The notes under the pieces: generated by a model | Database searches by the model: none | The model's input: only the letters and a program-made list of their open reading frames with translations | Told to the model about the DNA's origin: nothing | Translations under genes and position numbers: made by a program | Assembly: GCA_944360075.1 (NCBI GenBank) | Contig: CALVTE010000001.1 | Location: 7,054-71,053 of the forward strand | Direction: 5' to 3' | Source: an uncultured Clostridia bacterium | GTDB lineage: Bacteria; Bacillota; Clostridia; Christensenellales; UBA1242 | Length of the DNA: 64,000 nucleotides | Part shown: one piece after another, positions 50,495-58,889 of the stretch | How the letters are laid out: each line of letters begins with the position of its first letter | How positions within the stretch are numbered: position 1 is the stretch's first letter

Positions 50495-51973
50495 TTAGTT
50501 CTCAACGCACGCATTAAGCACAAAGGAAGAAATTTTTGAGCCCGCTTGGTCGGAAGAAATCGCAACGGAAAATTCGTCGCCATAGACCCCTGCAGGAATT
50601 TGCTGCAAAACCGAAGAGCCTTCAACCGAAAACTCCTTGGTTTGTTGGTCGCTTGTGATGACAACTTTGCATGGCAAAATGGATTTTATCAAAAAGGAAA
50701 TGATTTTTTTCTTTTTTCCATAAATGCCAAGATTTGTTTTCACGCTCTGCCATTTTGCCGGCAAAACAGCGCCAAATGATTTGCCAGAAAAAGAAAGTTG
50801 GCCGATTTTGCCTTGACTCTGACCATTAAAGCAAGCAACAAGTTTGCATTTGTAAGGATTGTTTAAGGCAAGCATCTGCTTAATGTCCACTCCCCGAACA
50901 ATCTCAACATGGCCGCTTTGCTCATCATAAACAAGCAAGGCATTGTTGCAAAACTGCAAGCTTTCGCATCCCACACTGTCGCCGTCAAAATCCATCTTGC
51001 AAGCCAGAAAATATTTGCCTTCAAAGCACTGGCCTGTGCAGTTTGCGTTGAAAGGTGAAAGCTTTTTTATCTCTGGGCAGTCAATACTGTGCACAGACGA
51101 ACCATTGAAATATTTTAGCCCTGACTTTTCCAAAAAATAAATTCGATCTCCGCTGTGAGCGATTGAATTTGGATAGATATAACTGTCCGATTGATAGAGA
51201 TGAGTGATAGAAAATTCGCTATCAGAAGAATACTCAGAAATTCTTGTTATGCCATACTCTCTGAAAATATAAACATAATCGTTGAAAGATATAAGTTTGG
51301 TCAAATTGCCTCTTCCATCAGTGAAATCCAAATTTGCACAAAGCTGATCGCTCCACTGCAAAACGTCAAGATTATCGCTATAAACAAGCCGTCCTCGAGC
51401 CTGAGCTGTGATGGCAAAAAGCCTGCCAAAGTGCGAACATAGCGAAATCATCTGCGGCGCTGACTGGCTGGTCTGCTGATTTTGCCCCACCAGCACCAAA
51501 AGGTTTTGACCTGGCCCTGAAAAAATCATTGAGTCAACCCCTTCAATTTTATATTTCATCCCAATCGGAGTGTCCGAAAACTGAGTGTTTATAACAAGGG
51601 TTGCCGGCCTTGAGGAAAACAAATTGTCATAGCAAACTTTGGCTTGGTCGTTGAAATACATGCAATAATACTTGTTTTCGTCACTGTCTTGGTCATACCA
51701 CTCAAAATCCCATAATGCCGTGACCTGATTTCCACTTATTGCCACAGTGGTTTCGTTTTCAAGGTTGGTTTTGGAAATAGGACTGGCAAAATCATCAAAG
51801 CCATAACCGCTTTCAAGTGCGCCGCTTTTTGTGCGGAAGTTATAGCAATGCTCTGTCAAATTGAAATCGCATAAACTTTGCTCTTTTTCTGTTTGAAATG
51901 GCGAAGAAAACATATCAAAAACAAATGTTTTTTTGCTGGTAGATTTTGTTTTTAGCCTGTTTTTGTAAAACAT
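50495..51973 (-). CDS. Large phage structural protein. By position it may be a tail-hub/head-completion protein analogous to P22 gp10.
   Basis: 492 aa starting at the ATG at 51973, with AAGGAGGAGGTGG upstream and an ATGA overlap with the preceding gene. It is beta-rich and Cys-rich. The function is inferred only from gene order after capsid and adaptor. Confidence 0.55.
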   Translation of the reverse strand: MFYKNRLKTKSTSKKTFVFDMFSSPFQTEKEQSLCDFNLTEHCYNFRTKSGALESGYGFDDFASPISKTNLENETTVAISGNQVTALWDFEWYDQDSDENKYYCMYFNDQAKVCYDNLFSSRPATLVINTQFSDTPIGMKYKIEGVDSMIFSGPGQNLLVLVGQNQQTSQSAPQMISLCSHFGRLFAITAQARGRLVYSDNLDVLQWSDQLCANLDFTDGRGNLTKLISFNDYVYIFREYGITRISEYSSDSEFSITHLYQSDSYIYPNSIAHSGDRIYFLEKSGLKYFNGSSVHSIDCPEIKKLSPFNANCTGQCFEGKYFLACKMDFDGDSVGCESLQFCNNALLVYDEQSGHVEIVRGVDIKQMLALNNPYKCKLVACFNGQSQGKIGQLSFSGKSFGAVLPAKWQSVKTNLGIYGKKKKIISFLIKSILPCKVVITSDQQTKEFSVEGSSVLQQIPAGVYGDEFSVAISSDQAGSKISSFVLNACVEN

Positions 51974-52524
51974 CAAAGCCACCTCCTCCTTGGCATTTTC
52001 CCATGAGGTGAAAGGCGACAAATCAGTTCTAAAGAATTTTTGAAACGCTCTTCAAAAATGTCCGCATCGTCAAAACGGCTTTGCATAAACAAAAACTCTC
52101 TTGCAACACCATAGGCAAAAATCCGCTCAGGCAAAAAACTGTCAACTTGGTCAGTTATGCTCAAAACTGGTGGCAAAATGCTATAGCAAACGATTGCTTT
52201 TTTGCAAAGAACAAAAATGTGGTCATCAAATTGCTTAAAACGCATTTTTCTGCCTAGCCCATTTTTGACATACAAAATTTTGTAAGGCTTAGCTGAAAAT
52301 TGACTGAGCAAAATTTTGCCATTTGCAACATCAAACTGCTCAATTTTTTTGATGGGCACAAATTCGCTTGCAACTTCATTGTTGACAAGGTTGAAACACT
52401 TTACAAGCCTGTCGGCAATTTCTTGCTCGCAGCTTTCAAGCGTCGAGCCTTGTTCCAGTTTTTGCGCAAGAGCTTGCTGCTCTATGAAATCACAGGATAG
52501 TTTTATTATATCTTTTACTAGCAT
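51973..52524 (-). CDS. Phage head-tail adaptor/connector-like protein, inferred by position and size.
   Basis: 183 aa. The N-terminal helical segment VKDIIKLSCDFIEQQALAQKLEQG...EQEIADRLVKCFNLVNNEVASEF resembles gp6/gp4-type head-completion proteins. It overlaps both neighbours. Confidence 0.45.
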   Translation of the reverse strand: MLVKDIIKLSCDFIEQQALAQKLEQGSTLESCEQEIADRLVKCFNLVNNEVASEFVPIKKIEQFDVANGKILLSQFSAKPYKILYVKNGLGRKMRFKQFDDHIFVLCKKAIVCYSILPPVLSITDQVDSFLPERIFAYGVAREFLFMQSRFDDADIFEERFKNSLELICRLSPHGKMPRRRWL

Positions 52525-52862
52525 AGTGCCTCCTTAAATTTGTTTACTTCTTGTTTCAGCATTTGGTTGTAAAGATTCTCGTTATATTTGTCAATCTCAG
52601 CAATAATTTTGTCCGAGTTTTCTCTTCTGGTTTTTAGGGCAAACTCGACAGCGCGCTCATCCAGGCAAGGATAAGGCAAAGTAAAGCAATAACTTCCTCC
52701 CACTTGTTCAACGCTATGCACCTCGTATTTTTGTTTTTTTAGATTGAAAACCACTCGATAACTCGGATCGACCTGCTTTAGCCTTTGACAGACAAAAAGG
52801 TTGTCGCTGTCAATAAAAACATAGTCTTTGTGGCTGTGAAAAACAAAATCTTCTTTTCTCAT
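52518..52862 (-). CDS. Hypothetical phage protein.
   Basis: 114 aa starting at the ATG at 52862, with GGGGG upstream. I recognised no motif. Confidence 0.5.
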   Translation of the reverse strand: MRKEDFVFHSHKDYVFIDSDNLFVCQRLKQVDPSYRVVFNLKKQKYEVHSVEQVGGSYCFTLPYPCLDERAVEFALKTRRENSDKIIAEIDKYNENLYNQMLKQEVNKFKEALC

Positions 52863-52915
52863 TTTTACCCCCAAATTAAAAGATAAAAAGGCAAAACTGT
52901 TTGCCTTTTATCTTA

Positions 52916-54118
52916 TTATAAACCAGAATCATCAGCGCCTGAAGCAGAACCTGAACCGATTGTGGAATTGATTTTTGTCAGAAGTGCTTGTCCACAAGGT
53001 TTGTCGCAGATAAGTTCAGCATATTTAACCAATGTTGCACTGTATGCAGGTTGGTCGGCGTTTTGCCTTAAAATTCTGCCGTTTTCACCTTCCAGCCACT
53101 TCCAGTCGCAAAGTTGATGAAGAGTGAAATCTTTTGTGCTTAAAAGGAACATTTTGCCGCTGTCAACAAATCTGTCTGCCACAACAGGAATGCCGTTGTG
53201 AGAGATGGTTTTAAAGCCCCCTTCCAAATCCATCACATCGATGTTGCGCTTGCAAGCTGAAAGATATTGCTGATAAGCTCTGCGAATTTCGGCAGTTGTT
53301 GCAATATAGTCAACTTGCGAATCGTGATTGAAATCAAGTTCGTCAATAGCCTCTTGAATAAGAGTGTCGGAAATATCTTGATTTGACGAAGGAGCAGAAA
53401 CGTAAGGCTTAAGCCATGGATAATCAGCCACGCTTACTCCATAAAGAGAAGTGTTTGTGGTGTCAAAAATTTTGCCAAGCCCAGTGATTTCATATCCTTT
53501 TGAGCCTTGGCAGTAAATTTTGTCGCCAGTTTTGATAGTTGCAGTGCCCTCAAAGTTGAAAGTTTTGTTGACTCTGTCAACATAAGTGATTTTTAGCTGT
53601 TTTGCGTTCACGCTTTCGCCAGTGTAAACATCAACAAGCATACCTTCAATAAGATTGTTGACCTTGTCGCAAGTGACAGTTTGACCGCTGGCTGTTGAAA
53701 CGGTTGCAAGCAGACCTGAGCCATCGCCATAAAGCATTCTGCCAAGATTGAAAGCGCTTGCTTTGACAAGTCCTTCCATTTCGTCAGAAAGAAGGTTTAC
53801 AAAAGCGCCCAAGTTGTTTGCAGAGGCTCTGATTGCCTTGTCTGAAAGTTCGATTTTTCCATACAAGTTTTTAAGCTCGGCAGTAAATTGCACATAACTG
53901 TTGCCTGAAGATTTTGGCAGTGATGCAGTTTCGCTTCCTGCTCCCACACCGCCGTTGATGCCAAAAGGTGCAAGTTTGCGGATTTCTTTTCCCCAAACAT
54001 CTTTGCTTGACATTTTGATTTTTGCCAAAAGTGGATTTGATCTTACGTTGAGTTGGTTGGCAACAACACCAAGATAAACATTTTTCAATGCACTTTCGGC
54101 CGATGTTAAAGTTACCAT
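52916..54118 (-). CDS. Phage major capsid protein (HK97-fold type).
   Basis: 400 aa. GKIELSDKAIRASANNLGAFVNLLSDEMEGLVKASAFNLGRMLYGDGSGLL follows the HK97-family pattern (...s.e.l.d....l...l...l......E...l.GdG.g...G). AAAGGAGAAA lies upstream, and the gene follows a scaffold gene. Confidence 0.75.
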   Translation of the reverse strand: MVTLTSAESALKNVYLGVVANQLNVRSNPLLAKIKMSSKDVWGKEIRKLAPFGINGGVGAGSETASLPKSSGNSYVQFTAELKNLYGKIELSDKAIRASANNLGAFVNLLSDEMEGLVKASAFNLGRMLYGDGSGLLATVSTASGQTVTCDKVNNLIEGMLVDVYTGESVNAKQLKITYVDRVNKTFNFEGTATIKTGDKIYCQGSKGYEITGLGKIFDTTNTSLYGVSVADYPWLKPYVSAPSSNQDISDTLIQEAIDELDFNHDSQVDYIATTAEIRRAYQQYLSACKRNIDVMDLEGGFKTISHNGIPVVADRFVDSGKMFLLSTKDFTLHQLCDWKWLEGENGRILRQNADQPAYSATLVKYAELICDKPCGQALLTKINSTIGSGSASGADDSGL

Positions 54119-54181
54119 AATTTCTCCTTTTTTTAAGTTTTTTTAAGTTTTTTTGCAAGAAAAAAGTCGAAATCTGAAAAT

Positions 54182-54847
54182 TTAGTTAAACATTTTGCTC
54201 ACAATCTCTTTTGCTTCGGCCAAGGAAGATGGAGTGTCAGGGCTTAAGCTTGACACTCTTTCTCCGCCTTGTGAAGAAATGACATAAGGTGGTTTGTGCT
54301 TTTCGAGATTGTTGAGATATTCTTGAATAACTTGATTTCGCACTTGCTCGTCCGACAAAACATATTTGTTTACAATCGGGTCGCTGGCTTTTGGTTTTGT
54401 TCCAGTCAAATGATCCAAAACCACCCCTGCCCATGCGACTTGATAGGGGTCGGCTACAGTTGAAGAAGCATGGATTTTTTGCTTGATTTCTTCTTCAAAC
54501 TGTTTTGCATCATCATTTGCCAAAAGGAATGATTCAAGATTGCTTTGAATTTGTTGACTATGCTCTTCCTGCTTTTGTTCAAACTCGATTTGTCCCTGTG
54601 TTTGGTCAGGCTGAGCCGTTTCTTTGCCTTCTTGAGCCATTTTGTCTTTTTGCATTTGACTGAGCTGTTGGCATTTTTTGGTAAACTCGCTCTGCAAATT
54701 GTTATAGGCCTCTAACAACTTATCTGCAGATTTGAATTTGCCATATTGCCCCTGAGAGCCGACTTCACTCGCAGCACTCTCTTCACTCGTTATGTTTATA
54801 ACATTTGCCGGTTCCACAGTCGGTTGTTCTCTGTTTTCTTCTTCCAT
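54182..54847 (-). CDS. Phage scaffolding protein.
   Basis: 221 aa, Gln/Glu-rich and predicted helical. It lies between portal and capsid. AGGAGG lies upstream, and the start is 1 nt after the portal stop. Confidence 0.65.
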   Translation of the reverse strand: MEEENREQPTVEPANVINITSEESAASEVGSQGQYGKFKSADKLLEAYNNLQSEFTKKCQQLSQMQKDKMAQEGKETAQPDQTQGQIEFEQKQEEHSQQIQSNLESFLLANDDAKQFEEEIKQKIHASSTVADPYQVAWAGVVLDHLTGTKPKASDPIVNKYVLSDEQVRNQVIQEYLNNLEKHKPPYVISSQGGERVSSLSPDTPSSLAEAKEIVSKMFN

Positions 54848-54848
54848 T

Positions 54849-56693
54849 TTAGCCTCCTATTTGTTTTTTATGTTCGCGTATATGCTCCAAGAAAATTTCT
54901 TCAAGCCTCGCGTTATCTTTTTTTGCCTTTTCAAAATCTTGTCCAAGCATAAAGGCGATATGCTCGTTGATATGCAGTTTATGCTCATCAATTTCCATGG
55001 TTTTGCAGACCACACCATCAAGCATTTTCAGATTTTCGCTTGCCGCCTTTTTGATGTGCAGTTCATTCAGATCTTGAGCATTTTCCCAAATGCCGAGCCC
55101 CAGCATCTCCATAATTTTGCATTTTGTGGTGTTTGAGATTTTGCCTTGCTCGTCTTGCAAAAGGCCGTTATCCAAAAGTTTGAAAACCATGTCTCGTTTT
55201 TGCGACGGCAAATTCAAGTTGTCCGTTTGCGCCGACAGGGTTATATCATCACTCGTGATATCGCTGCTTGAAAAATAAAACATATCCACCTGCCCATTTT
55301 CACCCACAATTTTTGCCAGTCTTGGAAAGAGTGCAAACTGCCGATATAACTTCAAAATATATCCAGCAAGCATTTTGCAGGCGTTTTTTATGCTTTCACT
55401 TGTTGCATTAAGCCTTGCTTCGTCTTGGCTAATCATAAGTTCAAGCGCCACACCACTTATGTTGGCAGAGGCATAATCTGTGCCAAGAGTCTCGCTCACG
55501 CCGCTGATTTTTGTAAATTCTTCCAGCAATTTTTCTTCTTCGTCATCAATGCCGTTTGGCAAGTTTTCTCCTTCCAAAAATTTTGGAGCCACCGAACCTT
55601 GCCTATACACCAAAATTTTGCCTGGGCAAAGGCCTTCATCTTCCAAATTGTCAAGGTCAACCGAGCCATCTTCCACGCTAAGCACACCCATTGAAAGCCT
55701 GTTGACAAACTCGTGCTTGCGGTTTTTTATGGCATTGTAAGCCCGTTGGACTGGAATAAGTCGCTCGATGATGCTTGCGCCCCAAAAACAGCCCGGCTCT
55801 TCGGTGCAAGTTTGTCTGATAAATGGAAAGTCTCGCTCTTTGTCGGTGCCAAGCTTGTAAGGCAGCGGCCCATCATAAACCAATTTGTCACCCGCAACTA
55901 TAACAAGTCTGCCTTCTGGAAATTGAGCATTTGGTCTTGAGTATTTTTCAATCACGATTGCGCTGTCAGCCTTGCCGCTTTCAATGATTTTTGGCACTGT
56001 TCCATTTGAGCCCAGCCCGCCAATGCCTTCAACTGTGCTGCCAAGGGCAAAAGTGTTGATGGTTTTGCCTTCAGTTTCAACGCCATACATCTGCTTGATT
56101 TGGTCGATTGAATATGCCTTTGCGTGAATTATGCTTTGGCACTGGTCAATATCTTCACAAACAGTCGAGTCGGGATAGATTTCAAAAGGGCTGAGCACCG
56201 ACACTTCAACTTCGCCGCTTCTGACCTCTCTGCCCTTTTCATCTTTGCCAACAACAGTGCCTTTTGACGGGTTCCAGCCCACTTTATAAAAAGCTGTTCC
56301 GCAAACTTCCGCCCATTTGATTGCTTTGTTGACAAGCTCTGGCAAATTGAGTTTGTTTTTGACCGCTTCAAAAATCTTTTTGCTCACCTTTGCCGAATGC
56401 TTGTCTCGCTCATCATTTGTGGCTGGAATGATGGCAATATCTGGCTTTATGTTGGCAAGTTTGGCATAACGAATATCAAAAATTGGCGCTATATGGTTGA
56501 AAACTTCTCTCTCTTGCCAAAAAAATTGTTTTTCGCTCTCTTCAATGCCGCCATAACCCACCGAACAAAATTGATTGCCCATCAAAAAGTTCATATTCAT
56601 CTTCCAGATAAGGTCAAAACTTTTTCTTGCCTGTGCTCTTTTTTCAAAATCTTCCAAAATTTGCCTTACCAATTTGTTTTCTTCTTTTTTCAT
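54849..56693 (-). CDS. Phage portal protein.
   Basis: 614 aa. The N-terminal segment RKSFDLIWKMNMNFLMGNQF and the later segment VSVLSPFEIYPDS...SIIHAKAYSIDQIKQMYG follow common portal patterns. Its position before scaffold and capsid is consistent. Confidence 0.75.
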   Translation of the reverse strand: MKKEENKLVRQILEDFEKRAQARKSFDLIWKMNMNFLMGNQFCSVGYGGIEESEKQFFWQEREVFNHIAPIFDIRYAKLANIKPDIAIIPATNDERDKHSAKVSKKIFEAVKNKLNLPELVNKAIKWAEVCGTAFYKVGWNPSKGTVVGKDEKGREVRSGEVEVSVLSPFEIYPDSTVCEDIDQCQSIIHAKAYSIDQIKQMYGVETEGKTINTFALGSTVEGIGGLGSNGTVPKIIESGKADSAIVIEKYSRPNAQFPEGRLVIVAGDKLVYDGPLPYKLGTDKERDFPFIRQTCTEEPGCFWGASIIERLIPVQRAYNAIKNRKHEFVNRLSMGVLSVEDGSVDLDNLEDEGLCPGKILVYRQGSVAPKFLEGENLPNGIDDEEEKLLEEFTKISGVSETLGTDYASANISGVALELMISQDEARLNATSESIKNACKMLAGYILKLYRQFALFPRLAKIVGENGQVDMFYFSSSDITSDDITLSAQTDNLNLPSQKRDMVFKLLDNGLLQDEQGKISNTTKCKIMEMLGLGIWENAQDLNELHIKKAASENLKMLDGVVCKTMEIDEHKLHINEHIAFMLGQDFEKAKKDNARLEEIFLEHIREHKKQIGG

Positions 56694-56920
56694 CTTTCTT
56701 CTCCACCTTTTTTCCTTAATTTCTTGCCGTATTTGAAGGGACTTTCAATCCCTTTTGGAATTTGCATCTGTCCAAGCAGCTGATACATTTCTTTCAAACA
56801 TTGCTCGCAAAAACAAAGGTCTTTTTTCAGCACCCCTTTTGTGGCAAAGCTGTATTTCGCCCAATTTGAACATCCTGAAAATTCGCATTTTGTCAAATGA
56901 CCACACTGACTAACTCTCAT
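56690..56920 (-). CDS. Small Cys-rich zinc-ribbon-like protein occupying the position where a large terminase would be expected.
   Basis: 76 aa: MRVSQCGHLTKCEFSGCSNWAKYSF...DLCFCEQCLKEM, with a basic tail. It overlaps both neighbours. Confidence 0.5.
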   Translation of the reverse strand: MRVSQCGHLTKCEFSGCSNWAKYSFATKGVLKKDLCFCEQCLKEMYQLLGQMQIPKGIESPFKYGKKLRKKGGEER

Positions 56921-57194
56921 CTTCTGCCTCCTTTAACAGTTTCAAAAGCCGCTTTTCTTCCTTTTCAAGCTCCTCGTCACTCATAAGCGAGATTTTTTCT
57001 TGATAGGTTTGATAATATCGCTCAAGCAAAATTTTGACAGCACTCACATCGGGGCTGAAATGTTTTTTTGTCACCTTTTTTTTGACAAGTTTTTCTTCCC
57101 CTTCGTCAAGCGCATATTCTTCAACAACTTCGTCTGCGCTGTAGCCAAGAGCTTTTTTGAGAAGTGCTTTTCTGATTTTGTCTTCGTCGTTCAT
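56910..57194 (-). CDS. Small DNA-binding / terminase small-subunit-like protein.
   Basis: 94 aa. KKALGYSADEVVEEYALDEGEEKLVKKKVTKKHFSPDVSAVKILLE resembles the A.G...E......dg....k....k..PDv.A..f.L pattern seen in many small terminase subunits. AAGGAG lies upstream. The assignment is by eye. Confidence 0.4.
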   Translation of the reverse strand: MNDEDKIRKALLKKALGYSADEVVEEYALDEGEEKLVKKKVTKKHFSPDVSAVKILLERYYQTYQEKISLMSDEELEKEEKRLLKLLKEAEDES

Positions 57195-57222
57195 TTTTTC
57201 TCCTTGCGACTTTTATGCCACA

Positions 57223-57251
57223 ATTATATGGGGCAAAAGTCTGTCTTTCAA
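57223..57251 (-). promoter_or_regulatory. Sigma-A promoter candidate for the phage-like module, flanked by a 10-bp direct repeat.
   Basis: On the minus strand: TTGAAA (57251-57246), a 17-nt spacer, then TATAAT (57228-57223). AATTGTGGCA occurs twice, at 57268-57259 upstream of the -35 and at 57225-57216 overlapping the -10 and start site. Confidence 0.5.
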
Positions 57252-57330
57252 ACCTTACTGCCACAATTTTTCAAATTTTTGTAACATCGCAAGCAAAAAA
57301 CACTAAACTGATAATGTAGAGGTTTGTCAA

Positions 57331-58086
57331 ATGGATAAGTTTTTACAATATGAAAATTTAAGTTATTTTTATCAAACAAAAGAAAGCGAAATTCACGCCC
57401 TAGACAACGTCAATTTTTTTGTCAAACGAAACAGTTTTTCTTCGCTTGTTGGCCCAAGTGGCTGCGGAAAAACCACCATGCTTTCACTGACCGCAGGACT
57501 GCTTGAGCCCTCTGGCGGGCAAATTCTTTTGGAAGGCAAAAAAATCGAAAAAAATGACGGAAGAATTGGATATATGTTTCAACGAGACCATTTGTTTGAG
57601 TGGCGCACGATATGGCAAAACATTATTTTGGGGCTTCAAATTCAAAAAAAACATAAGGATGAAAAAGCCCTAGCTTTTGCCGAAGAGCTGCTCAAAAAAT
57701 ACGACCTTTACAACTTTAAAAACAAAAAGCCTCGCCAACTTAGCGGGGGTATGCGGCAAAGAGTGGCACTTATCAGAACGCTGGTGCTCAATCCCTCTCT
57801 CTTATTGCTCGACGAGCCTTTTTCAGCTCTAGACTTTCAAACAAGGCTGAATGTGTGCGACGATGTTTATCAAATCATCAAAAGCGAAGAAAAAACTGCG
57901 CTGCTTGTCACGCATGATATTTCAGAAGCGCTTTCCATGTCGGATAAAATCATAATTTTGTCGCCACGGCCCGCCACTGTCAAAAAGCAAATTGAGCTTG
58001 ATTTTGAAGGCTCCACCCCGCTAAAAAAGCGTGAGGCTGAAAACTTTGGCAAGTATTTTGAATTGATTTGGAGAAATCTAAGCTGA
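57331..58086 (+). CDS. ABC importer ATP-binding protein (NitT/TauT: nitrate/sulfonate/taurine family).
   Basis: Walker A GPSGCGKTT, signature LSGGMRQRV, Walker B LLLLDEPFSALD and H-loop THD. This is SsuB/TauB-like. Confidence 0.9.
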   Translation: MDKFLQYENLSYFYQTKESEIHALDNVNFFVKRNSFSSLVGPSGCGKTTMLSLTAGLLEPSGGQILLEGKKIEKNDGRIGYMFQRDHLFEWRTIWQNIILGLQIQKKHKDEKALAFAEELLKKYDLYNFKNKKPRQLSGGMRQRVALIRTLVLNPSLLLLDEPFSALDFQTRLNVCDDVYQIIKSEEKTALLVTHDISEALSMSDKIIILSPRPATVKKQIELDFEGSTPLKKREAENFGKYFELIWRNLS

Positions 58087-58889
58087 TGAAAAACAAAACA
58101 AGCTACTCAAAGGCCCACGCAAAATATTTGAAAAAACTAAAGACCGACAAAACCATAGTCATCTTCTGGAGAGTGGTTGTGATTGCCTTGTTTTTAGGGC
58201 TTTGGCAACTGCTTGCAGACACTGGAATAATTGACCCCTTTTTCTTTTCAAGTCCGTCCAGAATATTTGAAACGATTTTCTCTCTTGCCAGCTCTGGAAA
58301 TTTGTTTATTCACATTTGGACCTCGCTTTACGAAACGATTATCGGCTTTGTGCTTGCCACGCTGATTGGAGTTTTTTTGGCCATCCTTCTGTGGTGGAGC
58401 GAGCGGGCTCGAAAAGTGATGGAACCATACCTTATCGTTTTGAACAGTTTGCCAAAAATTGCACTTGGCCCAATGATTATTCTGTGGGTGGGCTCTGGCC
58501 CAGGAGCAACAATTGTGATGTGCGTGCTGATTTGCATTATCATAACAATAATTTCTATGCTCAACGCCTTTGTCAGCTGCGACCACGATAAAATTCTGCT
58601 TATGAAATCCATGCACGCCAGCAAATTCCAAATTCTTTTCAAGCTGGTGTTGCCAAATGCCCTGCCAGAGTTTATTTCAGTTTTGAAAATCAATGTTGGA
58701 ATGAGCTGGGTGGGCACAATTATGGGCGAATATCTGTCAAGTCGGGCCGGCCTTGGTTATCTTATCAACTACGGCTCGCAAGTGCTGCAGCTTGACATTG
58801 TGATGGCAAGCATAGTGATTTTATGCCTGCTTGCCGGCGGAATGTATGCTCTTGTGCTTCCTTTTGAAAAAAAGTATAAAAAAGGCTAA
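58086..58889 (+). CDS. ABC importer permease (SsuC/TauC-like, BPD_transp_1).
   Basis: Six TM segments. The EAA-loop-like region is MKSMHASKFQILFKLVLPNALPEFISVLKINVGMSWVGTIMGE. The ATG at 58086 overlaps the ATPase stop by 1 nt, and the track TTG at 58068 is an alternative start. Confidence 0.85.
   Translation: MKNKTSYSKAHAKYLKKLKTDKTIVIFWRVVVIALFLGLWQLLADTGIIDPFFFSSPSRIFETIFSLASSGNLFIHIWTSLYETIIGFVLATLIGVFLAILLWWSERARKVMEPYLIVLNSLPKIALGPMIILWVGSGPGATIVMCVLICIIITIISMLNAFVSCDHDKILLMKSMHASKFQILFKLVLPNALPEFISVLKINVGMSWVGTIMGEYLSSRAGLGYLINYGSQVLQLDIVMASIVILCLLAGGMYALVLPFEKKYKKG

Larger units (their letters stand above)
49931..57194 (-). mobile_element. Phage-derived head-morphogenesis module: a prophage remnant, satellite-like island or domesticated module.
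   Basis: Ten tightly packed or overlapping minus-strand genes. They are a TerS-like protein, a Zn-ribbon protein, portal, scaffold, HK97-like capsid, two small proteins, a 492-aa structural protein, BhlA and a holin. I recognised no large terminase, tail, lysin, integrase or repressor. The flanks are comEC and an ABC importer. Confidence 0.7.
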
